A stretch of 64,000 bases of DNA, from contig CAVTDJ010000002.1 in assembly GCA_963733575.1 (NCBI GenBank), positions 1,235,171 to 1,299,170 of the forward strand, in the 5' to 3' direction. A model generated the notes under the pieces. The model saw only the letters and a list, made by a program, of their open reading frames with translations. It was not told where the DNA came from and made no database searches. Numbering within the stretch: the first letter of the stretch is position 1; every line of letters starts with the position of its first letter. Shown here one piece after another: positions 38,626-50,986 of this stretch. This DNA comes from an uncultured Alphaproteobacteria bacterium (GTDB lineage: Bacteria; Pseudomonadota; Alphaproteobacteria; Rhizobiales; Xanthobacteraceae). Made by a program: the position numbers and the translations under genes.

Positions 38626-39419
38626 AACTCGCGCCCGCACGCTCGCCGAAGGTTCACACGGAGCGTGAGCTCCCTCAGTACCTTTACTGCATCGTGCGGT
38701 GTCACGAGCCGCGGACCTTCGAGACACTCGGAATGGGCGAGCGGGGCGACGTGGTCCACACAATAAATTTCGACGATCTGGCGGTGGTCACGAGCGATTC
38801 TCCTGAGGCGCGATACGACAACACGCGGCGAAACATGATGGCCCATATGCGGGTCCTGGACGAAGTCATGGCGGACCATACCGTGCTGCCGATCCGTTTC
38901 GACAGCGTGGCGCCCGGGCCCGACGCAGTGCGCGACCAATTGCTGAAGGCGCGCTATCGGGAGCTGAACTCGTTGCTTGACGGAATGGAGGGCCGGATCG
39001 AACTCGGACTCAAGGCGTTCTGGTACGAGGACGTCGTCTTCAAGGAGATCGTTCAGCAAAACCCGACGATCCGCCGCATGCGCGAAAGCTTGGCGGGCCA
39101 TTCTCTCGAAGAGACCTACTATGACCGGATTCGCCTCGGCGAACTTGTCGAGGCTGAGCTGAAGGCCCGGCGCGTCCAGGACGCCGAAAGCGTCCTCGAA
39201 CGGTTGCGACCGCTCGCGGAGAAGACCCAGGTCAACGCTACGATTGCGGACCACATGGTGGCGAACGCCGCGTTCCTGATCTCGCGGACGCGCGAGGCGG
39301 AATTCGATTCCAACGTGCGCAAGCTTGATACGGAAATGGGGCGCCGCCTTCTCATTAAATGCGTTGGCCCCGTCGCCCCCTACAACTTCGTGAACGTCAC
39401 GATGCAGTGGGCGAGATGA
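38622..39419 (+). CDS. gvpF: Gas vesicle protein GvpF/GvpL family (paralogue 1)
   Basis: YLYCIVRCHEP...INFDDLAVVTSD...HMRVLDEVMADHTVLPIRFDSV...CVGPVAPYNF shows the N-terminal and C-terminal hallmarks of GvpF/L. Confidence 0.85.
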   Translation: MKLAPARSPKVHTERELPQYLYCIVRCHEPRTFETLGMGERGDVVHTINFDDLAVVTSDSPEARYDNTRRNMMAHMRVLDEVMADHTVLPIRFDSVAPGPDAVRDQLLKARYRELNSLLDGMEGRIELGLKAFWYEDVVFKEIVQQNPTIRRMRESLAGHSLEETYYDRIRLGELVEAELKARRVQDAESVLERLRPLAEKTQVNATIADHMVANAAFLISRTREAEFDSNVRKLDTEMGRRLLIKCVGPVAPYNFVNVTMQWAR

Positions 39420-39468
39420 CGGACACACCCCAGCCGGGTGGTAACAGAAATGAGTTGTGAGGTGGACA

Positions 39469-39717
39469 ATGGGATTACTTAGCTCAATCGTGACGGTGCC
39501 GGTGGCCGGTCCGATAAGGGGCATGTTGTGGATCGTCCAGACGATCGCGGAGCACGCCGAACGAGAACTCTACGACGAAGACAACATTCGCAAGGATCTT
39601 CTCAAGCTTGAGCACCAGTATGAGCTCGGCAAAATGACGCTCGAGGAATTCGAGAGCGCCGAAAGCGAACTGCTGCAGCGGCTGAATCAAGCCCGAAGGT
39701 TGAAGGAAGGACGTTAG
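39469..39717 (+). CDS. gvpG: Gas vesicle protein GvpG
   Basis: MGLLSSIVTVPVAGPIRGMLWIVQTIAEHAERELYDEDNIRKDLLKLEHQYELGKMTLEEFESAESELLQRL is the canonical GvpG pattern. A GAGG lies 6 nt upstream of ATG 39469. Confidence 0.85.
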   Translation: MGLLSSIVTVPVAGPIRGMLWIVQTIAEHAERELYDEDNIRKDLLKLEHQYELGKMTLEEFESAESELLQRLNQARRLKEGR

Positions 39718-39720
39718 ATC

Positions 39721-40125
39721 ATGGCACAGCGCCTCCCGCGATTTCCAGAATCGCACGAACGGCATCTGAAGGAAAGTGAATCGATCGTTCCCGAAGCGAC
39801 GGCTGATATCGCTCCCGATGGAGCTATCGCCGAAAATCCGCCGATCGGGCGCCGCAAAGGTGAGGCAACCGGGGCGGCGGCGGTCGCCAAGTATGCGAAG
39901 GCGGAATTGGAAAGCATCACCGGCCTCGATGCCGATCATGTTTCCGCGGTGTTGCGCGAACCGGATGGCTGGCACGTCACGGTCGATCTGGTCGAACTCA
40001 GGCGCATACCCGCGGCGACGGACATGATCGCGTCCTACGAGGCCGTGCTCGGACCCACGGGCGAGCTGTTGAGCTATCGTCGCCACCGGCGCTATTTCCG
40101 CGACCAGACGGTGGAAGAGTCATGA
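39721..40125 (+). CDS. gvpO: Gas vesicle protein GvpO
   Basis: AKYAKAELESITGLDADHVSAVLREPDGWHVTVDLVELRRIPAATDMIASYEAVLGPTGELLSYRRHRRYFR matches the GvpO C-terminal domain pattern. Confidence 0.8.
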   Translation: MAQRLPRFPESHERHLKESESIVPEATADIAPDGAIAENPPIGRRKGEATGAAAVAKYAKAELESITGLDADHVSAVLREPDGWHVTVDLVELRRIPAATDMIASYEAVLGPTGELLSYRRHRRYFRDQTVEES

Positions 40126-40406
40126 CCGGCGCCAGCTCGCGATCCGAAATCCAGTGTCCGATCGATCTGTTCAAGCCGCAAGAGGCCAAGATCGAGGCGC
40201 TGACTAAGGCCATTAACGCAGCGGGGACAGCGTCGGAGAAGGCGCCAAATGCAAGCAGGCTCATTGAAGAGGTGAACGTCTTGTTGGGTTGCGCGAGCTT
40301 CGATCGGGCGAATCCGAACTGCGGCCTCTGCAGGAGCTTCTCCGAGCTTCGCATGAAGACTGCGACTCTGATCGTCAGGATTGGCACGCTGGGCACTGTA
40401 GATTAA
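40122..40406 (+). CDS. Small hypothetical protein with four cysteines (C-x44-C-x9-C-x2-C)
   Basis: 94 aa. It has an ATGA overlap with the gvpO stop and ends 15 nt before gvpJ, so it fills the gap exactly. It contains ...EIQCPIDL...LLGCASFDRANPNCGLCRSF.... No family was recognised. Confidence 0.5.
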   Translation: MTGASSRSEIQCPIDLFKPQEAKIEALTKAINAAGTASEKAPNASRLIEEVNVLLGCASFDRANPNCGLCRSFSELRMKTATLIVRIGTLGTVD

Positions 40407-40421
40407 CCGGCCGATCGACAC

Positions 40422-44111
<3,690 letters not shown>

Positions 44112-44115
<4 letters not shown>

Positions 44116-44985
44116 CTACCGGCAAAACCGAAGATGCGGCCGCCGATCAGAGTGTCGTGTACGTCTACGGCGTGGCGCGCGCTGCGCGTGGGCGCCAAAC
44201 TGCTCCGCCTCGGCTCGAAGGCATCGTTCCGGCAGCGCCGGTTAACCAACTGGTGCATGCGAATTTGATAGCCTTCGTGAGCGTGGTCCCCGCCGCTCAG
44301 TTCGGTCCGAGCGAATTTCGTTTGGCGCTGAATGACGCGGCATGGCTGAAGGATCGGATTTTGGCACATGAGAAGGTTCTGGAAGAACTGCGGTCCAGCT
44401 ACGATGTCGTGCCTTTCAGATTCGGCACGATCTATCTGAATACCTCGCAGGCGTCGAACGCCCTTGCGCGCCACCGGCGTGAGCTTTGCCAAACGCTTGA
44501 TCGGGTTCGAGATGCCTCCGAGTGGGGCGTAAAGCTGCATTGCGATCAAGACACGCTGCGTCGCGCGATCGAAACCGAACTCGGATTCCATTCGCCAGCT
44601 ACGCGACATGCTCGGGCACGCCTCGCCGGGGGCTCGGTTCTTTCTGCAGAAGAAGTATGCCAAGGCGCTCGATGGCGAGGCTATTGCGGCGATCGCAAGC
44701 GCGATGGAGCGAATTCGGCGAAGCCTCGATAGCTGCGCCTGCGAGTCCACGGAGATCGAGGTCCAGCCGACGGCGGTGCATGGCAGGTCCAAGGACATGG
44801 TGATGAACGCAGCCTACCTCGTGGCTGCGGGATCTCTGGGGCCATTCCGGCAGATGTTCGCGGCGCTGCAGGAAGAATTTGCCGCTCGCGGGTTCGACCA
44901 TGAGCTGACTGGTCCGTGGCCGCCGTATCACTTTGTGTCGGTTCGGCAGGAAGGCATCGCGGATGCAGCCACGTCTAATCAATAG
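44112..44985 (+). pseudogene. GvpL/GvpF-family gene (paralogue 3) interrupted by a single frameshift (or sequence error)
   Basis: The N-terminal part is in the frame of 44112 (VVYVYGVARA...ILAHEKVLEELRSSYDVVPFRFGT...LRRAIETE). The continuation is in the +1 frame (SDSIRQLRDMLGHASPGARFFLQKKYAKAL...LTGPWPPYHF, stop at 44985). The junction is near 44575-44585. The 874-nt span is not a multiple of 3. Confidence 0.75.
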
Positions 44986-45187
44986 AGACCAGCTTGCCTT
45001 GTCCGAACTCCTGGATCGCGCCCTCAACAAAGGCGTCGTTCTGTGGGGTGATGCCACGATCTCGGTCGCCGGCGTGGATCTGATCTATGTCGGGCTCAAG
45101 GTTCTGCTCGCCTCGGTCGATACCGCGGAACGGCTGAAACACGACGCTCGCGCGACGGCGCAGGTGGGCACGGGAGCCGCTGAATGA
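44963..45187 (+). CDS. Small GvpA/J-family protein, GvpS-like
   Basis: 74 aa. LALSELLDRALNKGVVLWGDATISVAGVDLIYVGLKVLLASVDTAERL resembles the GvpS/M type of the GvpA family. It overlaps the upstream gene end by 23 nt and its stop overlaps the next start (ATGA). Confidence 0.8.
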   Translation: MQPRLINRDQLALSELLDRALNKGVVLWGDATISVAGVDLIYVGLKVLLASVDTAERLKHDARATAQVGTGAAE

Positions 45188-45972
45188 TCTGCGTATATGC
45201 GATTACCGATCGGCCGGAAGAGCCTTTGCCGATCCAGTTGGGCCAGCAGGACGAACCGCTGGCCAAGGTTGTGTGGCGCGATGTTGTCGCTGTTGTCAGC
45301 ACGTTCAACGGTTCACAGCTATCGAAGACCGGAGACGAGCTGTGGCGGCACGAAGAGGTGGTAGAGGCGTTTATGAGCGATCGGGCGGTGGTTCCGGTGC
45401 GATTCGGAACTCTGCTGCCGTCGCCGCAGCGCGTGAGCGACTTGTTGTGCCGGGCCTATGGTGCGCTCGTACAGGACATCGAGCGCGTGCGCGGTCAGGT
45501 CGAGATCGGCATGAGGTTCTTGACCGCAATTGAGCACGGCCCGGCGGAAGCAACGGCGGCCGTGCGTCCTCGTGAATCGGCGGCGTTGGACTGCCACGGC
45601 GGCGATCGTCCGGCCGCCTCGGCCAACAGTTTCACCCCGTCCCGAACCGGGCCGGGCTCCGCGTATCTGTGGGCGAGGCTTGTCAGGGAGCGGGAGCTTC
45701 GAGATCGGCAGCGCGCCAGGCTGACGCTGGTTCGGGAAGCTTATGAACTGCTCGCAAGTCACGCAAATGCAAGCAGGCTGGACGACGAACCGGATGATCG
45801 GCGTGGGATCTCGGCGGCGTTTCTTGTGCCACGCGACCACATTGCATGCTTTCGCCAAATCGTTGGCGAAGTGGCGAACGCCCATCCGGAACTTGCGCTG
45901 CTCTGCACTGGACCCTGGCCTCCCTACTCTTTTGTAAGTGCTGGCGAGCGAGCGCGCGACAAATCGGAGTGA
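45184..45972 (+). CDS. GvpL/GvpF-family protein (paralogue 4)
   Basis: MICVYAITDRP...WRHEEVVEAFMSDRAVVPVRFGTLL...GSAYLWARL...CTGPWPPYSF shows the GvpF/L hallmarks. Confidence 0.82.
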   Translation: MICVYAITDRPEEPLPIQLGQQDEPLAKVVWRDVVAVVSTFNGSQLSKTGDELWRHEEVVEAFMSDRAVVPVRFGTLLPSPQRVSDLLCRAYGALVQDIERVRGQVEIGMRFLTAIEHGPAEATAAVRPRESAALDCHGGDRPAASANSFTPSRTGPGSAYLWARLVRERELRDRQRARLTLVREAYELLASHANASRLDDEPDDRRGISAAFLVPRDHIACFRQIVGEVANAHPELALLCTGPWPPYSFVSAGERARDKSE

Positions 45973-45980
45973 AACGTGCC

Positions 45981-46367
45981 ATGCGGGATGACGCAGCATA
46001 TGTCCGTAGGCAAAAGGTCATTCATGCACCGGATGATCAGGCCCTGCTCGACAGGTTTGCCGGCCCGCTCGCTGATGATCGACGAGAGTCGCCGGCGCGC
46101 ATCGTCGCCGACCCTAAGAGCGTCGAGCGCGACCTGGCACGTCTTGTGCTCAGTGTTATCGAGCTGCTGCGCAAGCTGCTTGAGCGACAGGCTGTGCGAC
46201 GCGTGGAGAATGGCACTCTGAGCGAAGAGGAGATTGAGCGCTTAGGTGAAACCCTGCTCAAGCTCGAAGCCCGTATGGGCGAACTCAAGGCGGCGTTCGG
46301 TCTGGGAGACCAGGAATTGACTCTGGATTTGGGCCCGCTTCGCGATCTGGTTTCGGAGTGCGAGTAG
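45981..46367 (+). CDS. gvpK: Gas vesicle protein GvpK
   Basis: LARLVLSVIELLRKLLERQAVRRVENGTLSEEEIERLGETLLKLEARMGELKAAFGL is the canonical GvpK core. The start is taken at ATG 45981. Confidence 0.88.
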   Translation: MRDDAAYVRRQKVIHAPDDQALLDRFAGPLADDRRESPARIVADPKSVERDLARLVLSVIELLRKLLERQAVRRVENGTLSEEEIERLGETLLKLEARMGELKAAFGLGDQELTLDLGPLRDLVSECE

Positions 46368-46834
46368 ATTGATCAGTGCCGTGGTCGTGCCAAGCCCGGT
46401 GAGGCTCGTTACTTGGACAATATTTATCAGCCAGATCTGAGCGGCCCACTTCGTTAATAAAGCGTGGCCAGTTCGGCCGTCTGAATAGGCAGCTGAACGG
46501 CCTATAGGCCCGCCCTTAGCCGAGGCGATTCCATCGCCGCCTCCTCTGACGCGACGGGTCCACCTGAGAAGTCGCGGCGCCGCGCGGATCTATCTTTTTC
46601 GATCGTTCGTCTGCGCGGACTTGCAGCTATGCAATTGTAAACGCACGCTCAACGTCGCGAATAACGTGAAGCTGGCCTACCACTCTCAGTCAATCGCATA
46701 ATATTGATTACTTCCGCCCTATTCTCTGTCGTCTAATTGTCGCTGATCGTCCATTATTTCCTTGTGCGCGAGTGCAACAGGGCAAAGGTCGCCCGCCCGT
46801 TTCGGGGCTACCGCTAAGAGGGAGGAAATGGACC

Positions 46835-48553
46835 ATGCGTATGGCCAGAGCCAGAACGTCTCTTGCTCAGTCTGCTCACACTTTTCGCCACTGTGGCGAC
46901 GATAGTCACGTCGGCTTCGGCGCAGCAACAGAAACCCAACATCCTCTTCATCATGGGCGATGATATCGGCTGGATGCAGCCGGGCATCTACCATCGCGGC
47001 CTAATGGTCGGCGAAACACCCAACATCGACCGCATCGGGAACGAGGGCGCGATCTTCATGGACTATGTCGCCATGCAGAGCTGCACATCCGGGCGTAATG
47101 CTTTCTTCACCGGCATGTATCCGCTGCGCACCGGAATGATCCCGCCGCAACTACCCGGCAGCCCATCCTATTTGCAGCCCGGAACTCCGGCGCTGGCCAA
47201 GTTTCTGTTCGATCTCGGCTACACCACTGGCGAGTTCGGCAAGAACCACTTGGGTGACCACACTGCGGCGCTGCCGACGGCGCACGGTTTCCAGGAATAC
47301 TGGGGCTATCTCTATCACCTGGATGCGATGCAGCAAGTAAGCTTCCCCGACATCAACAGTTCGCCGATAGCGCAGGGGGTGCGCCACCGTGCAAGAACAC
47401 GCCAGTCCCCGGCCTTTCGGACCCTCCCGGCGCGGTGGACCAGAAAACCACGCTGTGCCTGATGCCGCCGCGCCCGGTCATCGCGTGCAAGTCCTCGGAC
47501 GGCACGGAGAAGAACCAGACTTGCAAGGACGAGGGCCCGCTGACGCTGGAGCGGTCGAAAACCGTAGACGAAGAGATATCGGCCAAGGTCGTCGACTTCC
47601 TCGACCGCAACGATCCTAAGAAGACCAACAAGCCCTTCTTCGTTTGGTACAACCCGGCGCGCATGCACGTCGTGACCGTGTTGTCGCCGAAGTACGAGGC
47701 CATGCTGGGCGAGCGGGGCGGCAAGGACTGGGGTGTCAACGAGGCCGGCATGAAGCAGATGGACGACAATATCGGCACCGTCCTCAAGAAACTGGAAGAC
47801 ATGGGGCAGCTTGAAAACACCATCGTCGTCTTCACCACCGACAACGGTGCCGAGGCGATCAGCTTCCCGGACGGCGGCGTCACGCCGTTCAAAGGCCAGA
47901 AGGGAGAGGCTTGGGAAGGCGGCTACCGCGCCCCGATGGTCGTTCGTTGGCCGGGCCATATCAAGCCGGGCACGGTCAAGAACCAGTTGTTCGCCGCCCT
48001 CGACTGGCTACCGACGTTCGTCGACATCGCTGGTGGACCGAAAGGCGAAGGGCTAAAGCAGCAGATCGAGAACGGCCAGTATCCCGGCATCGTCAAAACC
48101 ACGCTCGATGGCTTCGACCAGCGCGGTTATCTCGAAGGCACGTTGGAAAAGTCGGCGCGCGACTTTTTCTTCTATTATTCGGGATCGACGCCCTCGGCGG
48201 TGCGCTACAAAAACTGGAAGATGTATTACACGATGTCACAGCCTGGGCCGGCTGGCTGGATCATGCCACTTATCCCGTTCCACTTTACCTTGGTCCAGAA
48301 TATCAAACGCGATCCGTTCGAGCAGTCTGTCGGCATCGACCAGAAGTCGGCGATGAGCTTGGGCGGTGCGCTCGGCGCCCCGATGACCGCGTTTCAGTAC
48401 GACTGGAACATGCTGCCGATCGGTCAGCAGCTTTGGGAGGGGCACCTGCTGTCGTACGAAAAGTACCCGCCGCTGCAGGCTCCCGAAACTTACAACCTCA
48501 GTGGCATCTTAGAGCAAGTCAAGAAAGCTGCCGCTAATCACGCGAGCGACTAG
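46835..48553 (+). pseudogene. Arylsulfatase gene disrupted by frameshift(s)
   Basis: The N-terminal sulfatase part is in frame 0 (46863..47462: KPNILFIMGDDIGW...SCTSGRNAFFTG...GKNHLGD). The rest is in frame 2 (from ~47372 to the stop at 48553: ...VVFTTDNGAE...GGYRAPMVVRWPG...). A G5 run at 47375-47379 lies in the switch zone. The only ATG with a good SD (GGAGG, ATG 46835: MRMARARTS...) is again in frame 2, which suggests a second shift near 46860. Confidence 0.7.
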
Positions 48554-48632
48554 CCACGCGCGTCTAGTGGCATCTTAGAGCAAGTCAAGAAAGCTGCCGC
48601 TAATCACGCGAGCGACTAGCCACGCGCGTCTA
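48501..48632 (+). repeat. Perfect 66-bp tandem duplication spanning the sulfatase stop codon
   Basis: 48501-48566 and 48567-48632 are identical: GTGGCATCTTAGAGCAAGTCAAGAAAGCTGCCGCTAATCACGCGAGCGACTAGCCACGCGCGTCTA. Confidence 0.95.
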
Positions 48633-48795
48633 ACGCAAGGCACGGGCGCCCCACGGCTGGGCGCCCACACACCACGGCAAGCCCGACCAACCAAACATTC
48701 TACTCCTCCGCGCGTCGCTTTGCGCGTGTCGTTCGACGGATTTAGCTCGCGCCGCTAGTTGCTACCGCATTTCGGCGGCCAAGACATGGGAGTTT

Positions 48796-49015
48796 ATGAT
48801 GGGCATCGCAAAGAACATCCAGTTGGGGCTCTTGGCGCTGTTCCTCGCCGCGACAGCAGCGAGCGCGCCGGCAGCCGCGCAGCGGCAAAAACCAAACATC
48901 CCCGTGATCATGGGCGATGATATCGGCTACCGGAACATCAGTGCCTACAACCGCGGCATGATGGGCTACTGAACAGCAAACATCGACCACACCGCCAACG
49001 AGGGCGCGATTTGCC
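48796..49015 (+). pseudogene. Truncated second sulfatase remnant (N-terminal ~70 codons, in-frame stop)
   Basis: Manual translation gives MMGIAKNIQLGLLALFLAATAASAPAAAQRQKPNIPVIMGDDIGYRNISAYNRGMMGY*TANIDHTANEGAI. This is colinear with the N-terminus of the upstream sulfatase. There is a TGA at 48970-48972, and similarity is lost after ~49015. Confidence 0.6.
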
Positions 49016-49082
49016 CCCGATAACCGACATTCGTCTGATGGGATGGCACGTCCATTTGGTGCCAACACCAGCGACCAACCTC

Positions 49083-49574
49083 TCACGCGATGAGATTACG
49101 GTCCGCCTCGCGCATGATGGCTGTGATCCCGACGAGGCGCCCCGCCTCGTCGGAGATGGCAATGAGCGCGACATCGAGCATCACGCGCGTGCCATCCCGT
49201 CGCAGTCCCTCGACATCGAGCACGTGGTCGGGCCGGTAGTTCAGCAAGCCAGTCGCCATTACGCGCCGGAAGTTGTGCCAATGGTCGGCGCGCTCCTCCT
49301 CCGGAACCACAAGGTCGAGGGTCTGCCCGATCGCTTGGCCTACGCTGTGGCCGAAAATGTGCTCAGCGGTCTCGTTCCAGTCGCGAATGATTCCCTCGCG
49401 GTCCGCCGAAATGACCGCATGCGGGCCCGGCGCGAGCGCGGCCTGCGCGATGGCTTGTTCGCTTGCTGATAACACGGCGGCTTCTCCCCGTTGCGCGAGC
49501 GGTGCATACGCGGGCCAGATCGCGTATCCTATAGCACGCTGGCAACGCTCGAGTCTTCGTCGATACGCGGCCAC
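49083..49574 (-). CDS. PAS-domain protein
   Basis: 163 aa. HAVISADREGIIRDWNETAEHIFGHSVGQAIGQTLDLVVP...RRDGTRVMLDVALIAISDEAGRLVGITAIMRE is a PAS fold pattern. Confidence 0.7.
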   Translation of the reverse strand: MAAYRRRLERCQRAIGYAIWPAYAPLAQRGEAAVLSASEQAIAQAALAPGPHAVISADREGIIRDWNETAEHIFGHSVGQAIGQTLDLVVPEEERADHWHNFRRVMATGLLNYRPDHVLDVEGLRRDGTRVMLDVALIAISDEAGRLVGITAIMREADRNLIA

Positions 49575-49791
49575 TAATCATTGTTTGAAGCATTATGGGC
49601 ACTAAACTTCAGCAACCGACACCCATCGGCGTTGTTTCGTAATTTGTGCGTTCCGCTTGTCCGTCCGAATGTCCCAGTCGGGTCATTTGCGGCGCTTTGA
49701 GCACGTCGTACGCTAGTCTGCTCTAGCCCAATAAGCAGACATTGGCGGTCGGTTCGCCTTCTTGCGATCTCAATATGAACTTGCCACTTGG

Positions 49792-49877
49792 TGGTGCGGA
49801 CGGCGGGACTCGAACCCGCACAGGGTTTCCCCCAAGGGATTTTAAGTCCCTTGCGTCTACCATTTCGCCACGTCCGC
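49792..49877 (-). tRNA. tRNA-Leu (anticodon UAA)
   Basis: The reverse complement is GCGGACGTGGCGAAATGGTAGACGCAAGGGACTTAAAATCCCTTGGGGGAAACCCTGTGCGGGTTCGAGTCCCGCCGTCCGCACCA. It has a 7-bp acceptor stem, the anticodon loop CTTAAAA, a long variable arm, a GTTCGAGTC T-loop and an encoded CCA. Length is 86 nt. Confidence 0.92.
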
Positions 49878-49911
49878 GCCGCCGCTCTTGTAGCATCCGT
49901 CGCGGCGCGGC

Positions 49912-50370
49912 TCACTCTCTAAAGACGTGCCCCCAGAGGCTGTCCCAGTCGGCGCCGGAAATGTCGGTGACGCGGCCATCCTGTTCGAAGAACTTGTTGG
50001 GCACCTGGAACATAGCGAGCATCAATCCGCCCTCGGGCGTCCAGGCGACGTGACGGCTGCCGGCTTCACGCCAGACGAACTCGCCGGGACCGACCGTCAG
50101 GCCGGCCACCGGGCCTTCCTTGTCGACCAGCTTGCCTTCGAGCATATAGGTCTGCTCGATCTTCACATGCTCGTGGTCGGGAAGCACTGCGCCGGGCGCG
50201 AGCCGCATCAGCGCGGTGACGAGCCCGGTTTCCTTGTCGAGCAACAGTCCCTTCACCTCGCAGCCGGCAAAGCGCGTCCTCTTCCACTCCATCTCGACCG
50301 GGCGCACGACGTGCGAATGGGTCTCGGCGGTGTCGCACCTTGCGGTTTCCTTGGATGTGACAACGTCCAT
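49912..50370 (-). CDS. Cupin-domain protein (ChrR-like cupin)
   Basis: 152 aa. MRLAPGAVLPDHEHVKIEQTYMLEGKLVD...GEFVWREAGSRHVAWT is a cupin metal-site pattern. Confidence 0.65.
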   Translation of the reverse strand: MDVVTSKETARCDTAETHSHVVRPVEMEWKRTRFAGCEVKGLLLDKETGLVTALMRLAPGAVLPDHEHVKIEQTYMLEGKLVDKEGPVAGLTVGPGEFVWREAGSRHVAWTPEGGLMLAMFQVPNKFFEQDGRVTDISGADWDSLWGHVFRE

Positions 50371-50382
50371 AGGCGGTCCCCT

Positions 50383-50919
50383 CTACAATCCGGCTTCGTT
50401 GATCGGCGGTTGGAAGGCGAGCCCGGTGTCCCAGGGAAAATAAATCCAGGTGTCCTGCGACACTTCGGTGATGAAGGTGTCGACCAGCGGCCGGCCCATC
50501 GGCTTGGCATAGACCGTGGCGAGATGCGCGCGGGGCACAATTTCCCGCACCACTTTCGCGGTCTTACCGGTATCGACCAGGTCGTCGACTAGGAGCACGC
50601 GCGCTCCCTGCCCGCCGCCGAGCGCAACGATATTGGGCGCGACGTTCTTGAGCACAGTCAGGTCGCCCTGGCTGGTGCCGCTATAGCTCGACACGCACAC
50701 CGTCTCGATCAGCTTGATGCCGAGCTCGCGGGCGACAATCGCGGCCGGGACGAGGCCGCCGCGGGTGATGCAGACGATGGCCTCGAACGGGCCGGCGCCG
50801 CTTAATCGCCAGGCCAGCGCGCGCGAGTCGCGATGAAATTGGTCCCAGGACACCGGAAAGATCTTCGCAGGATCGCGTGGGGCCGGTTCGGCGGGCTTCT
50901 CTACTTCGACCTGGGTCAT
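50383..50919 (-). CDS. gpt: Xanthine-guanine phosphoribosyltransferase
   Basis: [19 protein letters not shown]...[19 protein letters not shown]...[14 protein letters not shown]...YFPWD contains the PRPP-binding motif and the Gpt-type termini. Confidence 0.85.
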   Translation of the reverse strand: MTQVEVEKPAEPAPRDPAKIFPVSWDQFHRDSRALAWRLSGAGPFEAIVCITRGGLVPAAIVARELGIKLIETVCVSSYSGTSQGDLTVLKNVAPNIVALGGGQGARVLLVDDLVDTGKTAKVVREIVPRAHLATVYAKPMGRPLVDTFITEVSQDTWIYFPWDTGLAFQPPINEAGL

Positions 50920-50986
50920 CGAAGGTCCTTGCGGCGAGGGAGAATGATGCCTTCAGCCGATACCAGACCCAAACCGGCGAAGGCAA

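Noticed and set aside
44570-44590. Programmed ribosomal frameshift in the split GvpL/F gene.
   Set aside because: There is no slippery heptamer, no homopolymer, and no obvious downstream stimulatory structure at the junction. A mutation or sequencing error is more parsimonious.
46368-46834. Mobile-element remnant or sRNA in the 467-nt AT-richer gap after gvpK.
   Set aside because: There are no terminal inverted repeats, no transposase-like ORF fragments and no convincing terminator hairpin. It contains only weak local palindromes.
48501-48632. CRISPR-like or minisatellite array.
   Set aside because: There are only two identical 66-bp units with no spacers, the repeat overlaps a coding 3' end, and no cas genes are present.
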